A stretch of 29,546 nt of DNA from Paramoeba atlantica (lineage: Eukaryota; Protista; Discosea): positions 1 to 29,546 of the forward strand of contig CDRNVI010000162.1 of the NCBI GenBank assembly GCA_977017575.1, given 5' to 3'. Both the position numbers and the translations under genes were made by a program. Numbering within the stretch: position 1 is the stretch's first letter; every line of letters starts with the position of its first letter. This document shows positions 7,431 to 20,067 of the stretch, piece by piece. A model generated the notes under the pieces. The model was given only the letters and a program-made list of their open reading frames with translations. It was not told the origin of the DNA and did no database searches.

Positions 7431-10208
7431 ACTAAAGAACAAGCATAGTTTAGTCTTATTCCGTGTTAAGTCCTCAACCCTTAAGTCGGACTTGTCACTA
7501 CATTTTATATTCTAACTTTATTTACTTAAAATTAACCTAAGAATAAATTTTAGAGTATAAAGCTGAATATATTCCACTGACCCTCGACCTAGTTCATTTT
7601 TATCTTTACTTATTTTTATTTTCACAAGCACTTTTACAAGAATAGTTTAGTTTAATTCCGTGTTAAATCCTCAATCCTTAAGTCGGATTTGTCACTCCAT
7701 ATACGATCAAACTTTATTTACTTAAATTTTTACAAAGATAGTAAAATTAAAAGTATAAAGATGATCTAGCTCACCAGTTTTATTTAAATTAAAATCTTAC
7801 ACAATGATTTTATATTTATAAACTACTCGCTTCCATCGACCCTCGACCTAGTTCATTTTATCTTTACTTATTTTTATTTTCCAATATTACAGGCATTTCT
7901 TGCATAAACTCGCGTTTAAATGTGATCTTATAATAATTTTAGTTTTTTCTTAACAAAACCTATAAATATTATCCAAAATAAAAAATTTAATTTGATAATA
8001 TTGAGGTTTTTTAAGCACAAAATTAATAAAGTCACTTTAAACGGCGATTTTTGGAATTTTAGTTTTCTTAGAAAAAACATATAATATTCTCCTAAATAAA
8101 AATTTTAATTTGATAATATTGATGTTTTTTTAAACACAAAATTCACGGTTCGAACCCTTTTTGTGCACTTTTTTTGGAATTTTACCACTTTTTTCCACTT
8201 TTTTTCACTTTTTTTGTCATTTTTGCGTCAAAAAATGATTAAAAAGCAGTTAAAAATAGGGAAAAAGGGCAAAAATACGACACTTTTGAGCATAAAACAA
8301 AAAAATATGCCAACGTGTCAAAAACGTGCACCAAAGTCACTCAAGAGTGACAGGTCATTTTCCGACAAAGGAAAATTCCCTAAAAAAAAACTACCAGGTG
8401 TCGAACCCCTCAAGAAATGCTGTAATATTATTTTTTTTGCCTTCAAGATCTGGAGATCATTCATTTTTATTCTAAAGACCATCGCTTTTCGCTGTTTCGA
8501 CGAAGTCAAAGCCGTTTTGCTACCTTTTTTAATCACCTGTTTTTAATTTCTAACTTTTTTGTACCAAAGACCCCCCATTTTTCCACAAAAGAGTGCAAAA
8601 AAAAAACGGGCTCTTGGACAAGCAGTTGAAAAGTCACAGTTTTTTACTAAAAAGGTAGGAAAAAGGCACGAAAAACGACGAAAAATGAAAGAAATCCAGA
8701 AAAAACGCCAAAAAAATAATAAAACAGCATGTTTTTTGTGATTTTATGTCAAATTTCCACCATAAAACGTTGCAACACCACAAATTTCTAAAAAAAATTT
8801 GAAATTATTTGTGCTTGTCTTACGTTTTGGCTGGTGCAATTTATCATAATCGAACAAAAAACAAAAAAATTTTTCACTGATTTTTGGCGACCCGACGTTT
8901 TCGGGGCAAAAAAATACGCCAAAAAATCAAAACGTAGAAAATAAAAAAATTTGGTCTACGTTTCCTGAAGGCGTGAAAAAATTTTATCAAAAAAAATTTT
9001 TTTTTTCTCGAGCAAACGAGAAAAATCAAAAAAAAAATTGACAGGCCGTTTTGTGATGATTTTAATTTTTTGCAATTTTGGAACCACGACGATTCCTGAA
9101 GTCAATCGCAAAAACCGTTCCAAAATAATTAAAATTTCACCAAAAATCTCGAAATGCTCAATCCCATGGTGACCCCTGGGTTTTTTGATGCATACGAAAT
9201 TTTTTTTTTTGTATCTTCGGCAGGCGATTTTCGAAGATAATGAATTTTTCTCTTCTTGGCCTGGAGCCGCAAATCGTGGATTTCGACCGCGGTTCCGTTT
9301 TTTTCAAAACTAAAAAAATCTTTATTTGCACGGCAAAACTCGTATTGACAATTTCTCTTATCAGGCTTTTCCTTGATAAAGCCGAGAAATTTAAATCGAA
9401 TCACGGCAAAATCTGAGATTTTGAAACAAAATGCCTGTGAACGATTTCAATAGTTTTTGTGCAACTCTAAAAAATTTTTTAAGTCCAAAGAAACATTTTT
9501 TATTGGGAAATTAGCAGTAATTTTTGTATCACCTAAAAAAACGCCTCGCGCGTCCGTATACGGGACACATATGTGCGCTCGCGTGCGCGTATGACGTGCG
9601 TCTACTACTTTTCCTTTAATTCTGCGCCTCTCATTCGACTTTTCGCCTAACAACGGGATAGGGACAAAAAAGTGACTTGGTCTCCAGATCAAAAAATCTG
9701 GAAGTCTTTTTTGCACCCGTGTTTTCGAGAAATCTTTGATAATCGCAGACTTAAAAAGGAAAAAAAAGACATCGCGAGGTGATCAAAAAAATTACAAGCC
9801 AATCAATAACAAAATGACGAAAAATCCGCAAAAACGGACTGTCACCAATTTTTATACTTTAAAATTTTAACACCCAAAAAACCCCTGTTTTCTCGTGCTT
9901 GCACACAAGTTTATACACAAAAAAATGTAAACTTGATGAAGCAATTTTCGAGAAACCCGAGTTTTTAGTGTTTATAAAATTTCAAATAATTCCCAAATAA
10001 CCCAACTTTTTTTTACAATTTTCTGTGGAAAAATAACTGCAGACACTCGAAAATATTCTGTAAAAAAACAGTAAATTTTCCTATGAGCTCTCAGTTATTT
10101 TCCAACAGAGAATTACTAAAAAAAGTAAGGGCATTTTAGGAATTAAAAACAATAAAAAATCTTCAAATAAAAGCGTTTTTGATGGAAGAATGATAAATTT
10201 ATACTTTA

Positions 10209-11290
10209 TATATAATATTTTTTACCATATTTAATTACAAAAATAATTTAAAATATAGTTTATAAATATTATTAAAAAGTATAAATAATCTCATTCACCC
10301 TCAATAAAATTCGTATTTCATAGAAATACCTCCTGCCCGAAAAAGCGCCAAAAAGCGCTTGTTCCGGCGGAAATTCGTCCACAGTTCCCTGTTTTTACAC
10401 GATTCTGTTGGAAAATGACGGTAACACCAAAAGAGGTCCGTCATACCTAACAGAAACGGCAAAACAGGAAATGTTAAACATTTTTCCGCCGGAAAATACG
10501 TCTTTTTATCATTTTCTCGGCAGGAAATTGGGAGTCCCTTTTTAACACGATTCTGTTGGAAAATGACAGTGTAAGTCGGTAAAAAAACCTTCCTCACTTC
10601 TATTCCCAACAAAAACGGTTAAAAATGGGGTTTTAAAAATCCCAATTCCTCCGTAGAAAATCGCAAAAAAAGACTCTTTTCTGGCGTAGGAGACTCAACT
10701 GCCTGGAACACGATTCTCTTGGAAAATAGCAGTGATTAGTAACATTGGATTTTGAGCCAAAAAGCATCAAATCCATTAGTTTACAATCACTGTTAATTTC
10801 CAACAGAAACGGTCCGTCTTCTCGCCCCGAATTTTGTATAAAAAACGCTTTAAATAAGAGAATTTTTATTCGTTTTATATCAAAATTTATTTTTTATTTT
10901 TAGTCGATAAATTATGTTTACCCAATTAATAATTTATGTCTAAAAATTCAAAAAATTGAAATTAAAATTAAAATTTAAAAATTCTAAAACTATAAATATA
11001 AATTTATACTTGATATATAATATTTTTTACCATATTTAATTACAAAAATAATTTAAAATATAGTTTATAAATATTATTAAAAAGTATAAATTAAAAATTT
11101 AAAAGTTTAAAATTTAAAATTAAAATTTAAATTTATTTTTAGTCGATAAATTATGTTTACCCAATTAATAATTTATGTCTAAAAATTTAAAGGACAAAAT
11201 TAAAATTAAAATTTAAAATTATATATAATATTTTTTACCATATTTAATTACAAAAATAATTTAAAATATAGTTTATAAATATTATAAAAT
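10209..11290 (+). repeat. Second AT-rich repeat zone: ~80-bp unit (10209-10285, ~11012-11090, ~11221-11286) interleaved with 215-bp-repeat cores
   Basis: atatataatattttttaccatatttaattacaaaaataatttaaaatatagtttataaatatta occurs three times. Cores are at 10903, 11142 and 11319. Confidence 0.85.
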
Positions 11291-11421
11291 TTAAAATTAA
11301 AATTTAAATTTATTTTTAGTCGATAAATTATGTTTACTCAATTAATAATTTATGTCTAAAAAAAGAAAAAATAAAAAGAGCAAGCGAAAAAGCAAGACAA
11401 AAATAAAAAGCACGGCAATTC

Positions 11422-11509
11422 CTGCTAAGATTTCTACGAAATTCAAGCAGTAAGATCATGATAAGATTTCTACGAAATTCAATCATGAAGCATACACTAT
11501 AGTGTATGC
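11422..11509. other. Twin hairpins followed by a perfect 20-bp palindrome
   Basis: ctgct-aagatttctacgaaattca-agcag (11422-11450); tcatgat-aagatttctacgaaattca-atcatga (11456-11488); gcatacactatagtgtatgc (11490-11509). Confidence 0.85.
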
Positions 11510-11727
11510 AAATTATTACAAAAATAATAATTTTAAAATTTTTTCTTCGAAATTCAAAGAAGAATTTACTTGAAAAAAAATAAATTTCTATGTTTACATA
11601 GGGGATGTAAACTGAAATTTATAATTATATTTCGTTGAATTAAGAGAATAATTAAACGAAACTGTTACTCGGCAAAAATAAGGGAATTTTTGAGTAACAG
11701 ACCGTTCAAATTGAAAACAAAAAAACA

Positions 11728-11867
11728 ATTTGCACGGCAATTCTTGGGGTTTTTACGCCTCACGGCTTCGTGATCGGATAAAGAGCAGGAGCGAGAGCAA
11801 GAGTTTGTAGGCGGTAGATGATATAGGTGTTCCCGGTGCGAGTTTATTTTTTCTCTATATTCCTTAG
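11728..11867 (+). CDS. rps12: Probable pan-edited ribosomal protein S12 cryptogene
   Basis: Purine-rich island. Its non-U skeleton decodes in order to T-P (acg cct 11755-11760), xxP, xSGNR, VCxVRL, SN and GGRVKxLPGVRY (ggc ggt aga 11810-11818; ccc ggt 11832-11837). Compare S12 TPKKPNSALRKVCRVRLTN..GGRVKDLPGVRY. Several U deletions are needed and the conserved Asp reads as Gly. Boundaries are approximate. Confidence 0.55.
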
Positions 11868-11869
11868 TT

Positions 11870-12110
11870 GTGGCAATTTGGGATAGCGAAGTAAAATTTT
11901 TAAAGTTTGCTATCGACAATTGCTCTTCTCTTTTTTATTTTGCCGCACATCGCTAATTGATCCCAATAGACGATTGCATTAAGAAAGGATCGTTAACTTC
12001 ACTATATGAACAGACATAAGATTCAGTAAGATCCATTCATATCTCTCTGCTTCTTTTAATGGCCTGTAGCATACTCCCCATTTCCACAATCCGTATGCGC
12101 TCAGACCTAT
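11870..12110 (+). rRNA. Possible divergent mitochondrial LSU rRNA domain V fragment
   Basis: Motifs occur in LSU order: GGGATAGCGAAGTAA..TATCGACAAT (11880-11920), ATCCCAAT..AAAGGATCGTT (11960-11995), TCAGACC (12101-12107). Several local stems are present, such as gatagcgaa/tttgctatc and ttgggat/atcccaa. The ACCTCGATGT core and the A-loop are poorly matched. Confidence 0.3.
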
Positions 12111-12625
12111 ATACCCGCGCCTCGTCGCGTGTGTAAGGCGTGCGCGAGATCATCGCTCACGCCGGCGCGCGTGTCCGAGTTCAGCAAGGATTTTTGCTAA
12201 AATCCGGGGGAGCTGAATCTTCTTACGCTCGCGCGAGAAAATTTTTCCAACAAAATTAATTTTCTCGTTTACGTCAAAAATCCTACAGACCAAAATTTAC
12301 TCTTTCAAATTTCCCAAAAAAAAGAAATGTAAGGTATGCCGTTTTCCGAGTGAAGGGTCTACCGGAAAGTTGGCGCCTTATCTTTCTTTTTTTGTATAAT
12401 TTTTAAGGCATTTTGGTGCCAGAGATTTTTGACAGAATTCCTGAACTCCCACGCAGGGATACGTACGCGATCGAATGACGCGCGTGAGAAGTTTTTTTTG
12501 TAGGAAGGTGACTGGCCCAAAAAAGCGGCACGCGGGCCAAGTCATTTTCCAACAAAAAAATCCATTCGCGCGCGCAGGATCCCTAACGCGGCCGGATCGT
12601 GCACGCGAGTATCCCTGAAAATTTG

Positions 12626-14390
12626 CACGATTTTATTGGAAAATTAGCAGTGTAAAAGTGGTCAAAAAAAGACTCACATTCACTGCTGATTTCCAGTAAA
12701 AACGGCAATTCGTGCGCCCTATTGGAAAACTGATAGTGCGTGGCTGTCAAAAAAGCCTGCCATCACTGTCACATTTCCTATAGTAGTTCAGTATTTTGCA
12801 TGATTTTGTAGGAAAAATAACAGTGCGTAAATTTTTATTATTCACGATTTTATTGGAAAAATAACACTACGAAAGCGATTCAAAAAAATTCGCATCAGTG
12901 TTAAATTTCCAACAAAAACGGAATAAATAAAATTACATCCCTGTTAATTTTCCAACACAAACAGCAAAATAAAGGCACTATTTTGTTGGAAAATAACAGT
13001 GAATTTTCACACGATGCTCTTGGAAAAATTACAGTGAGAAAAAAATAAGACTCACTGATTTTTCCAATAGCAAACGGTTCCAATACTGATAAATTTCCAA
13101 CAAAACATACAAAAAAAAGTGAAAAAATTGCAAATTTCCCAAATATCGGAAGTTTTACTAGATTATCTGTTGGAAATTTAACGGGTACCCTCCGAAAAAA
13201 CGCCGGGTCGACTCCGTTAGTTTTCCTACAGTCAGTAACCCTTCCTGCAAAAAAAATCGCCACCCCCGAATAAAGAATCGAATTGGCGAATTTCTTTGTG
13301 GGAAAATTAGCAGTAAAATTTTCATGTTACAATCATAAAAATGCAATAGAAAAAATTCCTTACAGGAAAATACACGGCAAAAATTGATTCCCAAATTTTT
13401 AGCCTGTGCCGGAAATTTTCTTCGTCGCTCGATTTGTTTCGGAGGCAAAAAACGAAACAAAAACGAAAATTCTACTGTAGATTTTCCTGTAAGGAAATTT
13501 TCTATTTTACATTTACAAATCCGTCAATCAGGATTTAGATTGTAAATCAAAATTTAAAATTTTTCCACACTTAATTTTTTCACTAAACTGTTGGAAAAAT
13601 GACTGTAAAAAAAATTAACAAAAATAAATTTTTTTTCTAAAAACACAGTCAATTTTACAATACAGCTAAGGGAAAAAATTAACAAGGTTTTGAAACTCTC
13701 ATCAGTAAATGTAACTGTAAATGACCTATTTTTTTATCACGTTTTTGTGTAGGAAAATTATCGCTAAAAGGCTTATAAAAAAATAACCCAATTTATAGCG
13801 TTAAGTTTCCAACAAAACGGATCAAAAAAAAGATACATACCAGTTAATTTTCCTGATAAGAGAGCAAAACCTAAATCTATTTACACGATTTTTGTTGGCA
13901 AAATCACAGTGCATGATTTTATATCTATCACGATTTTATTGGAAACATAACACTATGAAAGCGATTCAAACAAATTCGCATCAGTGTTAAATTTCCAAAA
14001 AAAACGGATCCACATAAAATACAAGCACAGTAGAAATTCCAACAAAAAACGGAAAACGATAAATTTTTTTGCACGATTTTATTGGAAAATGTAGTTATCA
14101 TAAATTTTTACTATTCACGATTTTATTGGAAAAATAACACTACGAAAGCGATTTAAAAAAATTCGCATCAGTGTTAAATTTCCAACAAAAACGGAATAAA
14201 TAAAAATAAACGATACTAACAAATTTCCAATAAATAACGGCAAAAGAAAAGGCTTTTTTGGTCCATTTTGTTGGATAAACGACAGTGTCTTGATTTATTT
14301 TAGTTTCCCGCACGATTTCTTGGAAAAATCACAGAAAACGGCCTGCAAACATAAATCAATTACAGTCAATTTCCCAACAAAATACAAAAA
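12626..14390. repeat. Dense cluster of TGGAAA..TTTCCA hairpin elements
   Basis: Successive fold-back elements with conserved arms and different interiors, e.g. 12626-12705, 12720-12784, 12843-12921, ~13019-13067 and ~13168-13231. Confidence 0.8.
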
Positions 14391-17300
14391 ACCCGTTTAA
14401 TCTTATATAAAACGCCGGAAGTTTTTCAACTTTTTAGATTTTAATGTCTCCGAAAAACGCCCAAAAACAGGCTGTCGACGAAAATCTCCTACGTTTTCTA
14501 CCGCGCGGACGTGTCAGATTAAACCCTATTATGACGAACGGATGCGCGATCGCGCGCACGCTGTGCACGTTCGTGTTAGGATTTCTAAACCTATAAATCT
14601 TAATCCAAAGGAGGATTTTTGAAATCCTAACGGTGAGCATACGGCAATTTTTTACATGGAACTCGAAAAATACGGTTCCAACGGGTACTTTGCAGGTTTT
14701 GCCGTGGTTCAACAAAAGTACTCGGCAAAAATGTGCAAAGTGCGATCAACCGGTTCGCTAGAAAAATGCCTTCGGAAGCGATTCCGAGTTTTGCCGCGCA
14801 AAAAATTTGACAGGCCGTATTATTGAATACTTTTTTAACACCTTAAAATTGTAATTTTTTAAATAATCAGAGTTTCATAAATATTTGCCGTATAAATTTT
14901 TTACTCAAATTTTTTTATCAAGGAAATCAAAATTAATTTAATGAATTAGCCGTATTTTTGGAATAAAAAAAATTCCATTAAAATATCGAACACATTCATA
15001 AAAAAAATTTTAGAACCTAGATAAAAATTAGTAAATAAATTTATATAAAACCAAATATTAAAAACTCAAGAATATTAAAAAATAAAAATTAAATTTATAA
15101 AAAGTTTTCAATTCACCTAATTCTTTAGTCGATAAATTATGTTTACCCAATTAATAATTTATGTCTAAGAATGAAAATTAAAATTAAAATTTAATAGTTT
15201 TAAAACTATAAATATAAATTTATAACTTACTAATCATTGAAATTAAAAAAAATAATTTCGAAATGATTTGAAAAGTATAAATTAAAAATTTAAAAGTTTA
15301 AAATTTAAAATTAAAATTTAAATTTATTTTTAGTCGATAAATTATGTTTACCCAATTAATAATTTATGTCTAAAAACTAAAGAACAAGCATAGTTTAGTC
15401 TTATTCCGTGTTAAGTCCTCAACCCTTAAGTCGGACTTGTCACTACATTTTATATTCTAACTTTATTTACTTAAAATTAACCTAAGAATAAATTTTAGAG
15501 TATAAAGCTGAATATATTCCACTGACCCTCGACCTAGTTCATTTTTATCTTTACTTATTTTTATTTTCACAATAGCAATAGAAAAACTAATTTATTTTTT
15601 ATAATTTTATTAAACTTTTTTTTATTTACTTTAGCTCCTTGAACACAATAATCCGCAAAACTAAATCTAAAAGATTAATTAAAAATTATGAAAATAAAAC
15701 ACAAAAACATCAGTACAAAGTCCTGTATTTTCGCCATTTAAAAATCGCGAAAAAATTTTTACATGCTCTCCAGATTTATTTAATTTTTTATTCACGATTT
15801 TATTGGAAAAATAACACTACGAAAGCGATTCAAAAAAATTCGCATCAGTGTTAAATTTCCAACAAAAACGGAATAAATAAATTACATAATCTAGAAAGCA
15901 ATGTAAAAATTCGTATTAACCTTTTGTCCTTTTACAACTCATTGGGAACACCTCCATTGCCAAAAAAGTATGGAAGTGCCCCCAAATTCTGTTGGAAAAG
16001 TAGCACTAAAAAATTTGAAATTTGAAAAGATTTTTTACATGTTCTCACGATGTGTTTTCTGTTGGAAAATTAACTGTGTTTACTTGAAAAATAGCAAAGT
16101 AACACATGTTAAATTTCCTACAGAAATCACGATCTGGAGATCAAAGTAAAAACTCCAGTATCCTCGTCCTTTTGCAACCCATTTGGGTGGGTACCATCCA
16201 AAAAATGATGGAAAACACCATCCGAAAAAAAGATGGAAACCCACCAAATTCTGTTGGAAAAATGACGGTAAATTTTCAATTTACAAATATTTTTCGTCAT
16301 GTTTCTCGCTGATTATGTAAAACGTCGAAGAAAACGACTTCTATAAAAATACTTCTGCCGGAAAAAAGCTCAAAACAGCGCATTTTTTTCGGCAGGCGGC
16401 ATTTTTAAAAAGTCACTTTCTCCGAGGTTTTTCGACAAAACATCGAAAACATTTTTTACATGATCTGCAGATGTATTTTTTTGTTGGAAAATTAACTGTG
16501 TTCGCTTGAAAAATAGCAAAGGAACACATGTTAAATTTCCTACAAAACTACGATCTGGAGATCAAAGTAAAAACGATAGTATCCTTGTCCTTTTGCAACC
16601 CATTTGGGTGGGTACCATCCAAAAAATGATGGAAAACACCATCCGAAAAAAAGATGGAAACCCACCAAATTCTGTTGGAAAAATGACGGTAAATTTTCAA
16701 TTTACAAATATTTTTCGTCATGTTTCTCGCTGATTATGTAAAAACGTCGAAGAAAACGACTTCTATAAAAATACTTCTGCCGGAAAAATCTCAAAACAGC
16801 GCATTTTTTTCGGCAGGCGGCATTTTTAAAAAGTCACTTTCTCCGAGGTTTTTCGACAAAACAGCGAAAACATTTTTTACATGATCTGCAGATGTATTTT
16901 TTTGTTGGAAAATTAACTGTGTTCGCTTGAAAAATAGCAAAGGAACACATGTTAAATTTCCTACAAAACTACGATCTGGAGATCAAAGTAAAAATTATAG
17001 TATCTTTGTCCTTTTGCAACTCATTGGGGCACCACCAAAAAAATGATGGAAACACCCCAAATTTTGTTGGAAAATGACACTGAAATTTTCAATTTGCAGA
17101 TTTATTTTTTACAACTTTTCGTCGATTTCTAACAATCGTCGTAGAAAATGACTTTTTTTCCTTTTTTTTACACGATTCTGTTGGAAAATGACAGTGTAAG
17201 TCGGTAAAAAAACCTTCCTCACTTTTATTTTCAACAAAAACGGTTAAAAATAGGGAAAAAAATCTATTTCTCCGAGGATTTTTAGAAAAAGCCAAAATGC

Positions 17301-18650
17301 TCATTTTGGAGAGTTCCAGCTGAAAATGGCCGTTGTGTTCTTCCTTTTTTTTAACACGATTCTGTTGGAAAATGACAGTGCAAGTCGGTAAAAAAACCTT
17401 CCTCACTTTTATTTCCAACAAAAACGGTTAAAAATAGGGAAAAACACAGTGCCCTTTAGCGGACACTCCAATATGAGATTTTTAACTTCATTTTCCGATA
17501 TGTCATCTGCTTTGTACCAAAATCCGATGGTCGATTATCGATAAAAAGAGTTAAAAATTAAAAAATAAAAAGTTCTATAAATTTTAATTTACCTAATATA
17601 TAAAATTTATTAACCTTTCTGTTTATTATTTTATGTTTGTTTTCTATGAATGTAACATTTCCGATATGTTATCTTCTTTGTACCAAAATCAGATGTCGAT
17701 TATCGTACATGTTCATTACATGAAAACAACATAGATACAATAAACAAGAAAGAATCATTAAAAGTATTTAATAAAATTATTATAAGATCAATAAATTTTT
17801 TTACCCAATCAAAATTAAATTGAACAATAATAAATTATATAAATAATTTTAATAAAAAACATTATATTTAATTTTACTTTTTTTCGTGGGCTATAATAAA
17901 GTGGTATAACCTTTTATTCTCAGCATTTCTTTTAGCGAGTTCCTTTAAATAATGGGAACGCTATAACGAAATGTTTCCCACGAAAAATAAGAATATATTC
18001 TATTTTATTATTATGTTTTCATGTAATGAACATGTACGATAATCAACATCGGATTTGAGGTAAAAGAACACTCAATCCTTATAGTTGCTTAATCTGTATG
18101 TTTTATTACGAAAACAATATAATAAAAAGTAAAATTAAAATAAAATGAAAATTAAAATTAAAATTTAAATTTATTTTTAGTCGATAAATTATGTTTACCC
18201 AATTAATAATTTATGTCTAAAAATTAAAGAACAAGCATAGTTTAGTCTTATTCCGTGTTAAGTCCTCAACCCTTAAGTCGGACTTGTCACTGCATTTTAT
18301 ATTCTAGCTTTATTTACTTAAAATTAACCTAAGAATAAATTTTAAAGTATAAAGCTGAATATATTCCACTGACCCTCGACCTAGTTCATTTTTATCTTTA
18401 CTTATTTTTATTTCCACAATAGCAATAGAAAAACTAATTTATTTTTTATAATTCTATTAAACTTTTTTTTATTTACTTTAGCTCCTTGAACACAACAATC
18501 CGCAAAACTAAATCTAAAAGATTAATTAAAAATTATGAAAATAAAATAGATACAAAATCAAAGTTTTTAAGCCTCGTCTTAGAATAAATAAAAACTTATC
18601 TAAATTCACCAACTCTATTTTTTATAAAAAAATATAAAAATATGAGTCGG

Positions 18651-19388
18651 ATGATTTTAGAGAGTTTATGTTTATTCTGAAGCTCCTGTATTCATCACAT
18701 GAATGTTCTGATCAGGAGTTTGTATAGGGTTTTTAACCCTACAAACCTACAGCTTCAAAACATGAATGAATTGAATAACATTTTCAATGTCCTGTGCTTA
18801 CTGGCTCTGATTGGATAAATCTTATCAGATGCACAGAGCACAGTGTATTCAAATTCATCGTTCCTATTACTCTCTGTTTCTTTGGTTCATTCTAAGTGAA
18901 GTTCTGTTGTTTGGCTCGTTACTTTACGTACTCAACTATACAAACTTAACTTCTCTTGAATTCATTCCTTTTCACTTTTTACCTTTAGAATTCTCGCAAG
19001 CGATCCTTCATTCCTTTTGCTCCTTTAATTTTGTTGCCTTCGACCTAACAAGTGTCGTGGCAAATTCTTGATTTCTTGCTGCCTCAGGCACGACAGCTAA
19101 CGCTTGTCTCTACTCGATGGCCGTAAACTGGCACATCTTCGAGAACATCCATCGCCTATATTCCGTTACATTGGCATGAATTTTCATATGCCATCAATGA
19201 ACGGAATTTTATTCTTTTCCTATAACCGCTAACACAAACACCTGTTGCTCTTCCTCCATATGCCTAGAATCTGTTCATTTCATTCATTTGATCTTAGGCT
19301 GTGGAGCCTTTTTCTGCTTAAAAAAGGAAAAAGGGGAGGCAGGTGATTTGGGGGGTAGCGGTTTGAGGATGTGATGATTCTTGTTTAA
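18651..19388 (+). CDS. cox3: cox3 cryptogene, copy 2
   Basis: Corresponds to 3783-4520 at +14868 (ATG 18651, TAA 19386-19388). Confidence 0.9.
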
Positions 19389-19418
19389 AAGAAAAGACGA
19401 ATCATCAAAGAATAAAAG

Positions 19419-19878
19419 ATGGGAGTTTTTGTGAGATTTGTAGGAGAGTGCGATGATGTTTCAGCCTTCTGCTATCCTCATTACTAGTGATGAAGGTTAC
19501 CCAATGCTTCCCACTAGTATTCGGATTCGCATCCTGCAAACACATGGATGCGATCTGATTTATTTTAGGGAGCTTCATATTAGTAATACTTGTATTTCGC
19601 TTAATTATGTTGTTATTTGGACATAATGAATTATGTTTTGATTTAATACGTATGGGCAGGGTAGAGGAACGAGGATAGAGGGATAGAGGTAGAGGTTAGA
19701 GGTGAACGATGCAGCTGAGATAATGAGATGAGATGGTAAAGGGGAGCTTAGGTACGACACAACGAGGGCGGGAAGTTGTGTGAGTACCTGGACGCTATAT
19801 TGAGGTTGGGGCGGAGATGTAGGTGAATGTGTCAAGTATGTGAGATGTGGGACGCATCGTGATGCTTCAAGGGGAGAG
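19419..19878 (+). CDS. cox2: cox2 cryptogene, copy 2
   Basis: Corresponds to 4551-5010 at +14868. Confidence 0.88.
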
Positions 19879-20067
19879 ATCTGCGATTAAAAGCTGCCCA
19901 TACGAAAATCAAAAAAATAACATCAAAATTTCCCAAAAATAAACAGAGTTAAATTTTATTATCACATATTTTTTTAATACCTGTAATTTATTAAATATTT
20001 AATTACAAAAATAATTTAAAATATTATCTATAAATAACCGTATAATAAAAAATAGTAGTTAAAAAAA

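Larger units (their letters stand above)
1..14868. repeat. 14,868-bp unit, copy 1 (probable complete circular mitochondrial chromosome)
   Basis: Sequence from position 1 (agagtttcataaatatttgcc) recurs at 14869. Every ORF in the track recurs at +14868 with identical translation (only the last is cut by the window end). Spot checks (3783/18651, 4551/19419, 5701/20569) match. Confidence 0.97.

Noticed and set aside
8147-8156. GGTTCGAACC tRNA T-loop/B-box-like motif
   Set aside because: It is a simple palindrome inside a hairpin, with no D-arm, anticodon arm or acceptor stem.
12006-12035. Minus-strand LLNLMSVH resembling ATP6 (NLLSSH)
   Set aside because: The essential Arg needs an ad hoc edit, the flanks do not decode to ATP6, and the segment is too short. 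Not called, but worth rechecking with RNA data.
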